Source of the DNA: Dendrobates tinctorius
Taxonomy: Eukaryota
DNA: 64,000 nucleotides
Assembly: GCF_039654945.1 (NCBI RefSeq)
Contig: NW_027361766.1
Span: 35,898,001 to 35,962,000, forward strand
Reading direction: 5' to 3'
Shown here: positions 26,501 to 37,500 of the stretch, in pieces
How positions within the stretch are numbered: position 1 is the first letter of the stretch
Layout of the letters: every line of letters starts with the position of its first letter
Position numbers and translations under genes: made by a program
The notes under the pieces: model-generated
What the model saw: the letters and a program-made list of their open reading frames with translations, nothing else
What the model was told of the DNA's origin: nothing
Databases searched by the model: none

Positions 26501-26812
26501 CACATGAGTGGAACCCACTTTTAGAGAAAAAAGTTCAGACCTGCAACAGATACCGTCTTGAGTAAGAGGAGACAAGTCAATTGCCACAAGTTTAACAGGA
26601 TCATGAAGCCTGACTGTCCCTAAATTATTAAGAATCATAACCTTGGTATCAATCAGGTTCACAGCAGAACCGCAGTCAATAAAAGCAGTATTCTGAACAG
26701 GACCATAACCAAGTTCCAGTTCCACCTGCAACACCATTTTTGCACATGAGGAAAATTGTACCTGAAGGTCTAGGTAGCCTCCTCGACTACTACCCAGACC
26801 TAGTCGTTTCCC
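23536..26812 (-). pseudogene. Gypsy pol: protease, RT, RNase H, integrase with GPY/F, chromodomain (disrupted)
   Basis: Protease AFIDCGS; RT SKLDLRGAYN, MPFGLTNAP, YLDD; RNase [16 protein letters not shown]; integrase H..H..CGMC, SMDFI, SDRG, GQTER; GPKFIGPY; chromodomain [33 protein letters not shown]. Confidence 0.93.
26745..26812 (-). promoter_or_regulatory. -1 programmed ribosomal frameshift signal (G GGA AAC + stem/pseudoknot)
   Basis: Slippery heptamer GGGAAAC at 26812-26806 in the gag/pol overlap. A 12-bp stem pairs 26801-26790 with 26777-26766. Loop GAGGA can pair with downstream TCCTC (26752-26748). Confidence 0.75.
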
Positions 26813-27694
26813 GCCACCTTGGAGGATGATGGACAGGAGGGGCAGTCCTTCTTCCAATGTCCAGATTTCCCACAATAGAAGCACAACTGCTTTTCCCGGC
26901 GGCGTCTTCTTTCCTTTCCCTCACAGGTGACAGTGCTCACCTCCATAGCCATAGGAAGAGTCCGGGTTTCATCTCCACTGAAGAATAATGGTGTTTCCCG
27001 TTGCATAATGCCTCTAGCCCATAGCCTGCGATCCATGCGAACCGCTTGGATCATGGCATCCTGCAGGGAGTCAGGTGGAGGATAAAGTGCCAAAGCATCC
27101 TTCAGACATTCACACAGGCCTCTGTGGAACAGCCCCCGAAGGGCGGCATCACTCCAGGAAATCTGAGCTGCCCAACGTCTGAATTCAGTACAGAACCATT
27201 CGGCCGAGTGCTCCCCCTGACAGACACTCATCACCTTGTCCTCAGCCAAACGCACTCTATCAGGCTCATCATAAATAAGCCCTAAGGCTTCAAAAAACAC
27301 ATCCACAGACATTCTCTCAGGGGCAGAAGAGGAAAGAGAAAATTCCCAGGCTTGTGGGGACCCCCTAAGCAGGGACATCACCACCCCCACCCTCTGTTTC
27401 TCATCCCCAGAGGAGCGGGGTCTCAAAGAGAAAAAGAGCTTACAGCCCTCCTTAAATGCCCTGAAATCATCCTTATTACCAGAAAATGTATTAGGCAATT
27501 TAACCGGGGATTCCGGTGGGACTAAAATGACATCTCTATTCCCCACCTGCTGGAAGCCTGCGGAAAGCACCTCCTGAACTGAGTCCTCCACCCGCCATTG
27601 GGACTGGGCCAGAGCTTGGTGTTCCAAACTAAGCTTCTGCAGTGACTTGAGTCAAGCATTTCACCTGCTCAGATAAAGCACACATTGGGTCCAT
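26800..27694 (-). pseudogene. Gypsy gag (capsid + CCHC knuckle), frameshift near the N-terminus
   Basis: KLPNTFSG..F; SLLRGSPQAW; QGEHSAEWFCTEF; CFYCGKSGHWKKDC; probable ATG at 27694. Confidence 0.88.
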
Positions 27695-29874
27695 GCTGCA
27701 GAAGTGAGGAGAGAAAAAAAAATTGTAGGTCAGTTATAATGTCAGGAACACCGCACTGAACTTGCTCACTGAGCCAGTGCACGTGTCCTGAGTAAAGCGA
27801 ACAGTGCTCAAAGATACCTGTGGAGCGGGCAGCAGCCGAGTAGGTGCGTACTTCAGAACAGCAGGATCTAAAGCACGTGACTGCTAGGAGCGTGGCCTAA
27901 ACTCCACAGAGCTAGGAGCTGCAAGATAACTCCTAGCAGGGTAACTGCGAGACAAAGTTACCAGGGGGCATAGACAGGGAGAATAGTCAAGACGTAGCCA
28001 GTGAGTCACACACAGAGATAGCTGCAAAGGTACAAGAGGGGCAAGCAGAGAGTAGTCAGGTCACAGGCAATGAGTCATACACAGAGATAATAACGCAGTA
28101 CAAAATCAACAGGCAAACTCACAACGGGAAACAGAACCGGGTCAGAACCATATAAACAAGCTATAGCAACAAACAGACACATAGGGGTCAGCACACTAGG
28201 CCAAAGGCAAAAGTATAACTGACAGGGATTGAAGCTTCCCCGGGGTTTAAGAAGCTCTCCCAGAACCAGAAAGAGGCCACAATCATTAACCCCAGGTGTG
28301 CAGGTCAAAACCTGCACCGAGCTCCAGACATTAACCCCAGGTGTGCAGCTCAAAAACCTGCACTGGGATCATGACAGACAGCACACGGATGACACACGGA
28401 CAGCACATGGACGAAACACACGGACACACAGATCGTAAGCGGATGACACGCGGATGTTCTAAGTGTACACATGGACACACGAACATGGATTGTTCCAGGA
28501 CCATGTTTACCAGTACCGGAAATATCTGGATGTGTGAAACTGCCCTTACCCTTGTTGGTTTTGGTTCATACTTGTTGGCTTAGGATCTAACAGTTACGGA
28601 TTAATCGCTGCTCTAAACTTACATAAATTAAATAAACCATTCTCTTCTTCTCAACGTCTACACCAAGAACTTTATTTTTGCAGGCAGTAACTAATGCTAT
28701 GAGGCATAGATTACATTGAACAGTGTACAAGAATCTTGTATACATGAAGCAGCATTTCAGACAGTGAATGTAGAAACAGATTATACTGGTACGTAAGGAT
28801 ACATCTGTATATAGCAGTGTATTTCTATGTATATGTATCCTAGAGGTAAAGAAAAAGTCTTTTTTTTTCTCATAAAACTACTAAAAAAATGAAATTATGC
28901 AAATTGTCTCTTCAGAGAGGAAGAGGACTAGAACTCTAGTGCCACTGATACTTCTAGGATGAAAAAATGAAAAAATTACAAAAATGTGATTTTTTTCTTG
29001 TTTATGAGGCTCCACAAGAATTGAACCCACAACCTAAATCACCTCAGGAAGCTGCTATAGATATGAGCCACAGGCTCCTCTGACATGGTAAATTAAGATG
29101 AAACTAGTAAATTAGAGATATATCTGTATATAGCAATATATTTCTATGTCCCTGGATTCTAGAGGGAAAATAAAAGAAGCTTTTTTCTCCTGTACAATTA
29201 CTAAAAAAAAAACAATGAAAAGCAATTACAATAATGTAATTTTTAATATGTCTTTTTTTAAATGACTAACATCACAAATAAGCAAATATCAGATATATTT
29301 GGTGTGCCTGTCATTGCAGCGATCCACACAACACAGCCATCAAATTATTTATAGTGATTGGTAAATAGAGTAAAAACATGGCAATTGATTTTGTTTTTTT
29401 CTGTTAAATCCATAATGAAATGTAATAAACATGTAACGCTGAGGCCGTGTTCACTTGTAGCATAAATGCTCTGTTTTCTTACTGCTTTTTTTGCCAATTT
29501 TCTGCAGGTGTCTGCACCATGCGTTGCAATAATTGTCTTCTCTAATTATTGTGTTTGCTGCATTTCTTTTATGCATTTGACCCTTATTTGGTGTTCTTTA
29601 CTCTGCGCTTAAAAATCAAACTATGCTTTTTTTACATGTGGTTTTTTCAAACTCCACATAGAAGCCTATAGAGAAAAGAAAAACATCAAGACTGTACAGT
29701 ACAAAAGCGTCTTTAGTAGAGTTGAGCGAAACGGGTCAAAAAATTTCAAAAGTCGCCGACTTTTGGTAAAGTCGGGTTTCATGAAACGAAACCCAACCCT
29801 AGGGTGAGGTCGGCCACGAGCTCGGCGACTTTAGCGCCAAAGTCGCGTTTCAAAAGTTTGTTATCCGCCCTTTT

Positions 29875-30000
29875 TCACCCAATGAAGATCCAGGACACTG
29901 TGGGCAATGTGATGACATAGGCAGGGGTCACCACCATCTTTGAGAAGGGCATGCAAGTGATTGGCTTGCTTTGAGGGGCGTCACAGGGGGTATAAAAGGG
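29875..30000 (+). promoter_or_regulatory. Putative hAT transposase promoter (CCAAT boxes, TATA)
   Basis: CCAAT at ~29879, ATTGG at 29960 and TATAAAA at 29991-29997, in a GC-richer context near the element 5' end. Confidence 0.45.
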
Positions 30001-30789
30001 CGTGCACGCCGACCGCCATGTTACTCATGCTGATCTCAGAATAGGGAGAGCTGCTGCTGCTGATTCTGTAGGGAGAGCATTAGGCAGGGAAGAAGACACC
30101 AAAAACTGCTTCTGCTGCTAGAGATTTTGCCTGTACAACACACCAGTCACTGTGTGTGCAGTGCAAGTGGAGGCTATATTTTGCTGGATCAGCTGTGTTG
30201 GTTGTTAGGCTACCTTCTAAGGCTTCCTGACGGCTGCATTGCTGTTTTCCCACTGCTCTGCAAACTGCTTTTTTAAAAGCAATCCAAATTTTTTTTTTGT
30301 CCTGGTGAGGTACTGAGCGTGCATTTTTTCACACCATACAGCGGTGTACACTCCTCACACAGTACTGTGTAACGGCTGTTATCACGGCCACAGTGAAGCT
30401 ATCTGTGTGTGACTCTGTAAGAATAAGTCGAGGACATGTTCCGTTCTTACAGACCTCCACCTTCTAGTTTTGTCTGCTTTTCAAACAGTATATTTGCTGT
30501 TTGATCACATTCAAAACTATAGAGAGACAGCGTGTGTCAGTCCGTATACTTAAAAAACACGGAGCTTGACAATTTTACGGACCCCGGACAGCGGTGTACA
30601 TGCACGCACCTCTCTCAGTACCGTGTAACGGCTGTTATCACGGCCACAGTGAAGCTATCTGTGTGTTACTCTGTAAGGATAAGTCGAGGACATGTTCCGT
30701 TCTTACAGACCTACACTCTAGGGAGATTCCTATTCTGCCCAATTCTATATACACCTTGTAGTTTGTCATACACTAGCCAATTTCTGCCT

Positions 30790-32459
30790 GTGACATAGCG
30801 GTGTGATATTCACTGGGCCTCACACAATCCAACAGTGTCCACAAGTGTGTTCAGAAATTCTACATCTCCCCTGTCCTATAGTGACATTTTTCACACCTAC
30901 GACATTGAGCCTGTGACATAGCGGTGTGATATTAACTGGGCCTCACACAATCCAACAGTGTACACAAGTGTGTTCGGAAATTCTACATCTCCCCTGTCCT
31001 ATAGTGACATTTTTCACACCTACGACATTGAGCCTGTGACATAGCTGTGTGATATTAACTGGGCCTCACACAACAGTGTCCACAAGTGTGTTCAGAAATT
31101 CTACATCTCCCCTGTCCTATAGTGACATTTTTCACACCAGCGACATTGAGCCTGTGATAAAGCGGTGTGATATTGACTGGCCCTCACACAATCCAACAGT
31201 GTCCACAAGTGTGTTCAGAAATTCTAAATCTCCCCTGTCCTATAGTGACATTTTTCACACCTGCGACATTGAGCCTGTGACATAGCGGTGTGATATTAAC
31301 TGGGCCTCACACAATCCAACAGTGTCCACAAGTGTGTTCAGAAATTCTACATCTCCCCTGTCCTATAGTGACATTTTTCACACCTGCGACATTGAGCCTG
31401 TGACATAGCGGTGTGATATTAACTGGGCCTCACACAACAGTGTCCACAAGTGTGTTCAGAAATTCTACATCTCCCCTGTCCTATAGTGACATTTTTCACA
31501 CCTGCGACATTGAGCCTGTGACATAGCGGTGTGATGTTAACTGGGCCTCACACAATCAAACAGTGTCCACAAGTGTGTTCAGAAATTCTACATCTCCCCA
31601 GTCCTATAGTGACATTTTTCACACCTACGACATTGAGCCTGTGACATAGCGGTGTGATATTAACTGGGCCTCACACAACAGTGTCCACAAGTGTGTTCAG
31701 AAATTCTACATCTCCCCTGTCCTATAGTGACATTTTTCACACCTGCGACATTGAGCCTGTGACATAGCGGTGTGATATTAACTGGGCCTCACACAATCCA
31801 ACATTGTCCACAAGTGTGTTCAGAAATTCTACATCTCCCCTGTCCTATAGTGACATTTTTCACACCTGCGACATTGAGCCTGTGACATAGCGGTGTGATA
31901 TTAACTGGGCCTCACACAACAGTGTCCACAAGTGTTTTCAGAAATTCTACATCTCCCCTGTCCTATAGTGACATTTTTCACACCTGCGACATTGAGCCTG
32001 TGACATAGCGGTGTGATATTAACTGGGCCTCACACAATCCAACAGTGTCCACAAGTGTGTTCAGAAATTCTACATCTCCCCTGTCCTATAGTGACATTTT
32101 TCACACCTACGACATTGAGCCTGTGACACAGCGGTGTGATATTAACTGGGCCTCACACAATCCAACAGTGTCCACAAGTGTGTTCAGAAACTCTGCATCT
32201 CCCCTGTCCTATAGTGACATTTTTCACACCTGTGACATTGAGCCTGTGACATAGTGGTGTGATATTAACTGGGCCTCACACAATCCAACAGTGTCCACAA
32301 GTGTGTTCAGAAACTCTACATCTCCCCTGTCCTATAGTGACATTTTTCACACCTGCGACATTGAGCCTGTGACATAGCGGTGTGATATTAACTGGGCCTC
32401 ACACAATCCAACAGTGTCCACAAGTGTGTTCAGAAATTCTACGTCTCCCCTGTCCTATA
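30790..32459 (+). repeat. Tandem array of 123/118-bp units (13 complete + 1 partial) inside the hAT element
   Basis: Units start at 30790, 30913, 31036, 31154, 31277, 31400, 31518, 31641, 31759, 31882, 32000, 32123, 32246 and 32369, and are near-identical. Confidence 0.97.
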
Positions 32460-34338
32460 TACACCTTGTACCTTGTATTACATTACTATATAGTTTGTGG
32501 GATTTTGTGTACATTTTTACCAAAAATGAGGAAGGCTGGTGGAAGAGGCAGTGGAATTGGGCGGGGGTTGCCAGCTGGTAATGATGGTGTTGGTGGTGGA
32601 TCTGATGGTAGTGGCAAAAGCAAAATAGGACCGAATGCAGGAGGTGTTGAGCCTGCGTCATCGTCTGGCTCCACAAGGCCTCGAAGGCTTAGTTTTCTAG
32701 GAGTTGGCAAACCGCTTTTAAAGCCAGAGCTTCAGGAAAAAGTTTTGGCTTACATTGCTGACTCAGCCTCCAGCTCTATCACCTCCTCTTCTGAAGTTGT
32801 AAAAAATAAAAGCACTGAGTCGTCATTGGAGGCTCATGTTCATGAACCACACCTTTCCTTGTGTCCTTCACCCCAACCAAGATTGAAGGATGACGCAGGC
32901 CATACAACTGATTACTCCATGGAGCTGTTTTCACATACCATGACTGGGTTATCAAGTGAAATGGTGAATTACCCAGGCCAAGATGAATCTGACATGGAGT
33001 GCACTGATGCACAGCCACTGATACCTGATTCTGCTGGTACATTCAGTCAGAGCACTACATTGTCCTCGCAGTGTAATGAGCCAGATTCTGACCCTGATTA
33101 GACTCAGGTGCCCCTTCCCGCATACTATACCACCATACACGGTGACACAGAGGAAGGTGCACATGATATTGAAGAGGAGGTGATGGATGACCCAGTTGTT
33201 GACTCAGATTGGCATCCATTGTGGGAAGAGGGTGCTGCTTCCAATAGCTCAGATGAGGAGGAGGAGCATCCACAGCAGACATCGACATCGCAACAGCTGT
33301 TATCTGGCAGGCCCAGAGCACTCCAAAGACAGGTTCCAAAAATCAAAAGAGTTGCTGGACAGTTTGTCCAGACGGTCAAAATAGCACAGCGTGCTAGGCC
33401 GCAAAATGTCTTCCAAAGTAGGAAGAGTGCAGTGTGGCACTTTTTTGAACAAAATCCTGATGATCAGTGTGATGTACAATGTCTGCAAGATATGTTTTCT
33501 GTTGCAATGTGCTAATCTCTTTGTTTTCTCCACTTTTATTTTATACCTGTACTGTACATATTTTATGTCTCAATTTTATAGCAACTTTTATCTGTAATCA
33601 CTGTCCTCTTTCGGAAAATAAATGAAATAATTATTTAGATCTGTCTCCATGCTCTAAGAATCGAACTATACGCCTTTGATAGATAATCGCTACTAATTCA
33701 AGGGGTTTGCCACGGACCCTCTTAATTTAACACTGTGAATTAAGTAACCGTGACTGGTGGCAGCGCATTGTGCACGGCTATTGCGGCTTGCTGGCAGTCC
33801 AGAAGGGTCTTATATTGCTGAATAAGGGGCTGCGGCCACAGCATTGATAATTCCCTTACTGCAGAAGCCTAATTGCCGGTTCACAACAGGCAGCCCGTCC
33901 GGCGACCAATTATCCTAGGTGCAGTTCCCTGACTGACCTGAGGGTAAGGGGGGCGCCGGAGAGCTGCGAGTTCCAAAGTGGAACTGAGAAAGTGGGATAT
34001 ACATAAATCCCCGCAGTACTTGGAAGATTGATAGCAGTGGTGGGGCATCCAAATTAAACCCCCCTGCGGCAAATTGTAGAGCGAGATTAGCTTGCTGGAT
34101 ATTTTTGGTCACATGGTGCCAGTGGTGGGATAACTAAGATAAGCCCCAACGGTGCCTGTGATAGCCGTGTGCCGGCAGTGTGTCTCGTCCCTCCGTCCGC
34201 TGATACACCCGTGTCAGTGGTGGGACTGTGACATAGTGGTGACACAGGGTCCGCTGTCCGTCGCGTTTTGGTGGCAGCGGGACCCCCGTTAGTCGCCTCC
34301 GTAAGTGGACGAACGGCCGTGGGCTGTTCGTCACATAT

Positions 34339-34356
34339 TGGTGGCAGCGGTGGGAT
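34339..34356 (+). promoter_or_regulatory. Primer-binding site complementary to the tRNA-Leu (AAG-type) 3' end
   Basis: TGGTGGCAGCGGTGGGAT, 3 nt after the LTR end, is the reverse complement of ATCCCACCGCTGCCACCA (vertebrate tRNA-Leu 3' end, recalled from memory). Confidence 0.85.
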
Positions 34357-34552
34357 AATCCTAGAGCATTAGTGATTTGGTTTGAGCAATCATTCCTCTC
34401 ACTAAAAACCTGCACGGTTCCTGCGGGAATCCTGCATCATAGGTTTTGGAGAACAGACTCAGTGGTTACTAGTCCTGAGACATTAGTGTGTACTTGCAAG
34501 TATCCCCCTCCCGTTTCTTCGTTTTTCTTTTTCTATCTTTTATTTGGCAACC

Positions 34553-37500
34553 ATGGCGGCAAAAGGAGAACCTTGGTACAACCGGCAGACAAAGGAAGTT
34601 CTTGCTGGGTTATGCACGTACCAAGGCCTTGACGCCACGAACAAAAACAGAGCTCAAATGATCGCGGCTCTAGTGCAGCTGGACAACGACCAGAATCCAG
34701 CAAGAGCAGAAGTTGGCCCAAGTGGCAATGGGGCTGCAGCAGAGGCTCCACTCATGAGCGCGGGCCCCACATTCAACCAGAGCATGCTGGACCCCTACCT
34801 GCAAGTGGCCTTGGACGCACTCCCTGCCGAAGACCGTGATGGACGTCTGGCGCTGATCCAGCAAGCTCGAGAGAGAGCAGAGCAGCGAGCCGAGCGGGAG
34901 GCTGAGAGAGCCGAGCGCCAAGCAGAAGCTCAGAGGGCACATGAGCTGGAGATGCTCCGACAAGGGGGGCATGCCCCCACAGCCCGAAGCGGTGAGCCCA
35001 GCAGCGTCCAGACTCCTAAACCCCGGCTAGAGCATTTTCCCATGATGGAAAAAGACGGGGACTTGGACACGTTTCTGCGAGCCTTTGAGAAAGCCTGCAG
35101 ACAGTACCAGCTGCCTAGAGACCAATGGGCAAGGTACTTGACCCCAGGGCTAAAAGGCAAAGCCCTGGAGGCATTTGCTTCTCTTCCGCCATAAGCCGAT
35201 GACGACTATGACGCCATAAAGCAGGCGCTGATCGCCAAATACTGGCTGACACCTGAGGTATACCGAAAGAAGTTCCGGCACCTCCAACGTGGCCCACACG
35301 ATAGCTACAGTGATGTGGTGCAAGGACTCAGGACCCACTTTGACCAGTGGATCCATGGACTGTCCGTTGAAACCTTTGAGCAGCTACGGGACCTGATGAT
35401 CAAAGACCAGTTCCTGCATCTCTGCCCAGCTGAGGTCCGACAGTTCATCCTGGACCGCGAACCAACGAACGCGGACAAAGCGGCGCAGATCGCCGACAAC
35501 TACGAGGCCAACCGGAAGCTTGAGACGCAGAGGCCAGTCGCCACCAGCTGGAAAGGGGGTAAGCCAGCAACCAACCCCAATGCCCCAGCTAGCCGTCCCT
35601 CCGGAGGCCCAGTCCCTGTTGCCAACTACAGGCCGGCTACTGACAGTCGCCTGTGTCACCACTGCCAGCGGCCTGGTCACTTCTTTTACGCCTGTCCGAA
35701 TAGGCCGAAGAACCCCCCAGCCAAGGCCCCCGGGCCCAACGCCTCTGTTCTTTTGGTGGGAGGTGTGGTTGGGAGGGCTGACGACAACGTTCAACCTGTT
35801 CAGGTGGGGGCCCGTCTTGCTACAGGCCTCAAGGACACCGGGGCTGAACGAACCCTCATCCATCCTGGACTGGCGGCCCCTGAAGAGTATGTTGAGGGGA
35901 AAACCCTGACTGTCACCGGGATTGGAGGCACCCGTTGTCCCTTGCCAGTGGCACGAGTTTTTCTTGACTGGGGTGCCGGGAGCGGGTTGAGGGAGGTGGG
36001 AGTGTCTGAAAACCTGCCCACTGATGTTTTATTGGGGACTGACTTGGGACGGATGGTTGCATACTACGTCCGTGACCCCCTTCCCCAAACTGATAATAAG
36101 GGTAACGGTAACCCTGATGATGAAGAGTTTGTTGAGGGGAAACTGAATGTGTTACCTGCTAATGCCTTGATGAGTAATGATGCAACTAACAACCATTCCT
36201 TCCCCAGGTATGATGCTGATGCTGATGTGAATGTACCAAAGCAAACTGATAACCATTCTTCTCCTAGGAAGTATGATGATGATGTTGATGTATCTGTGCC
36301 GACTGAACCAGTTAACCCTTTCTTTGAAGCGGTAGATGTGTCCACAGGTACCGAAGTGCTCAGCCCCGTCACTCTGCGGAGTGAGACGGCTGAGGAACCC
36401 CTGGCAGGAGTAAGCAACGGTGCTCAAGGAAATGGGGAGGTGCATGGGGACCATGAGGAAGGTAATGCCATGCAGCTGACCAGTGCCACCGAGGAAGGTA
36501 ACTGGCCCATAAGTAGCACTGCTCCTGAAGTGTTGGGGGTGGATGGGGAGGTAGAGCCCAAGCCAGCACCGGCTGGTGGGTCTGTAGAAATCCCCAGGGA
36601 GACAGCATACATAGCAGCTGTCACACGCAGTCAGAGTGCCCAGATCGCAGGTAACGCACTGTCTTCTGGACCCTCCGCTGCTACAGGAGAGACTGAACCA
36701 GAGGTGAACCCAGAGCCGGTTCCAGAGGGTCCCAGTAAAGAGGGGACCCTGACGTCACTTCTGGCAGCCTCCAGCATGGAGTTCCAGGCTGCTCTGCACT
36801 CAGATGCCAGCCTGGAGAAATTGAGAGGTCTCGCCGAGACGCCCACCTCCAAGTCTGATAAGGAGAGGGTGTTCTGGGAACGAGGAAGGTTGTACCGGGA
36901 GAAAGTACCCGGATATCCTAAAAAGGAGTGGTTGAGGGAAAGACAGCTGGTCGTCCCCTATCAGTTCAGAACCGAGTTGTTGCGGATTGCCCATGAGATT
37001 CCACTCGCTGGACACTTGGGGATCAGCAAAACAAAGGCACGGCTGTCTCAACACTTCTATTGGCCCAAGATGGGGACAGATGTAACACACTACTGCCGCT
37101 CCTGCGCCACCTGTCAAAAAGTGGGTAAGGCGGGGCCTGCTCTTAAGGCTCCCCTTATTCCTTTGCCGGTGATAGAGGAGCCTTTCCAGAGAATCGCGGT
37201 GGACATTGTAGGACCGCTGTCCGTCCCCAGCAGCTCCGGAAAGCGATACATTCTCACCGTGGTAGACTACGCTACCCGGTACCCAGAGGCAGTAGCTCTG
37301 TCTTCAACCAGGGCAGATAAGGTGGCTGACGCACTGGTGACCATCTTTTCAAGAGTAGGATTTCCCAGGGAGATGCTTACCGATCAAGGGCCCCAATTCA
37401 TGTCTCGCCTAATGGAGGCTCTCTGTGAGAAAATGCAGGTGACGCAGCTGGTATCGAGTCCGTATCACCCACAGACTAATGGTTTGTGTGAACGTTTCAA

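Larger units (their letters stand above)
22888..28376 (-). mobile_element. Full-length Ty3/Gypsy chromovirus (Tf1/sushi group) LTR retrotransposon
   Basis: 637-bp LTRs at 22888-23524 and 27740-28376 (about 97% identical by eye). Perfect TSD GACAG (22883-22887, 28377-28381). PPT GAGGGGGGTAC on -. Confidence 0.95.
5184..28545. mobile_element. PIF/Harbinger DNA transposon (decayed, ~8.4 kb after removing three nested insertions)
   Basis: Left end TAA|GGCCTCTTTTACAAGTC..TCCGGTAC; right end GTACCGGA..GTGTGAAACTGCCC|TTA. These are imperfect TIRs with TWA-type flanks. Subterminal CACGGA/TCCGTG repeats occur at both ends. Convergent MADF-type and DDE transposase genes lie inside. Confidence 0.8.

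Noticed and set aside
28795-29250. Imperfect ~100-bp duplication (~28795-28890 vs ~29115-29215)
   Set aside because: An AT-rich, degenerate local duplication with no evidence of function.
30790-32459. CRISPR array
   Set aside because: Units are contiguous near-identical 123/118-mers with no unique spacers; the context is eukaryotic and there are no cas genes.
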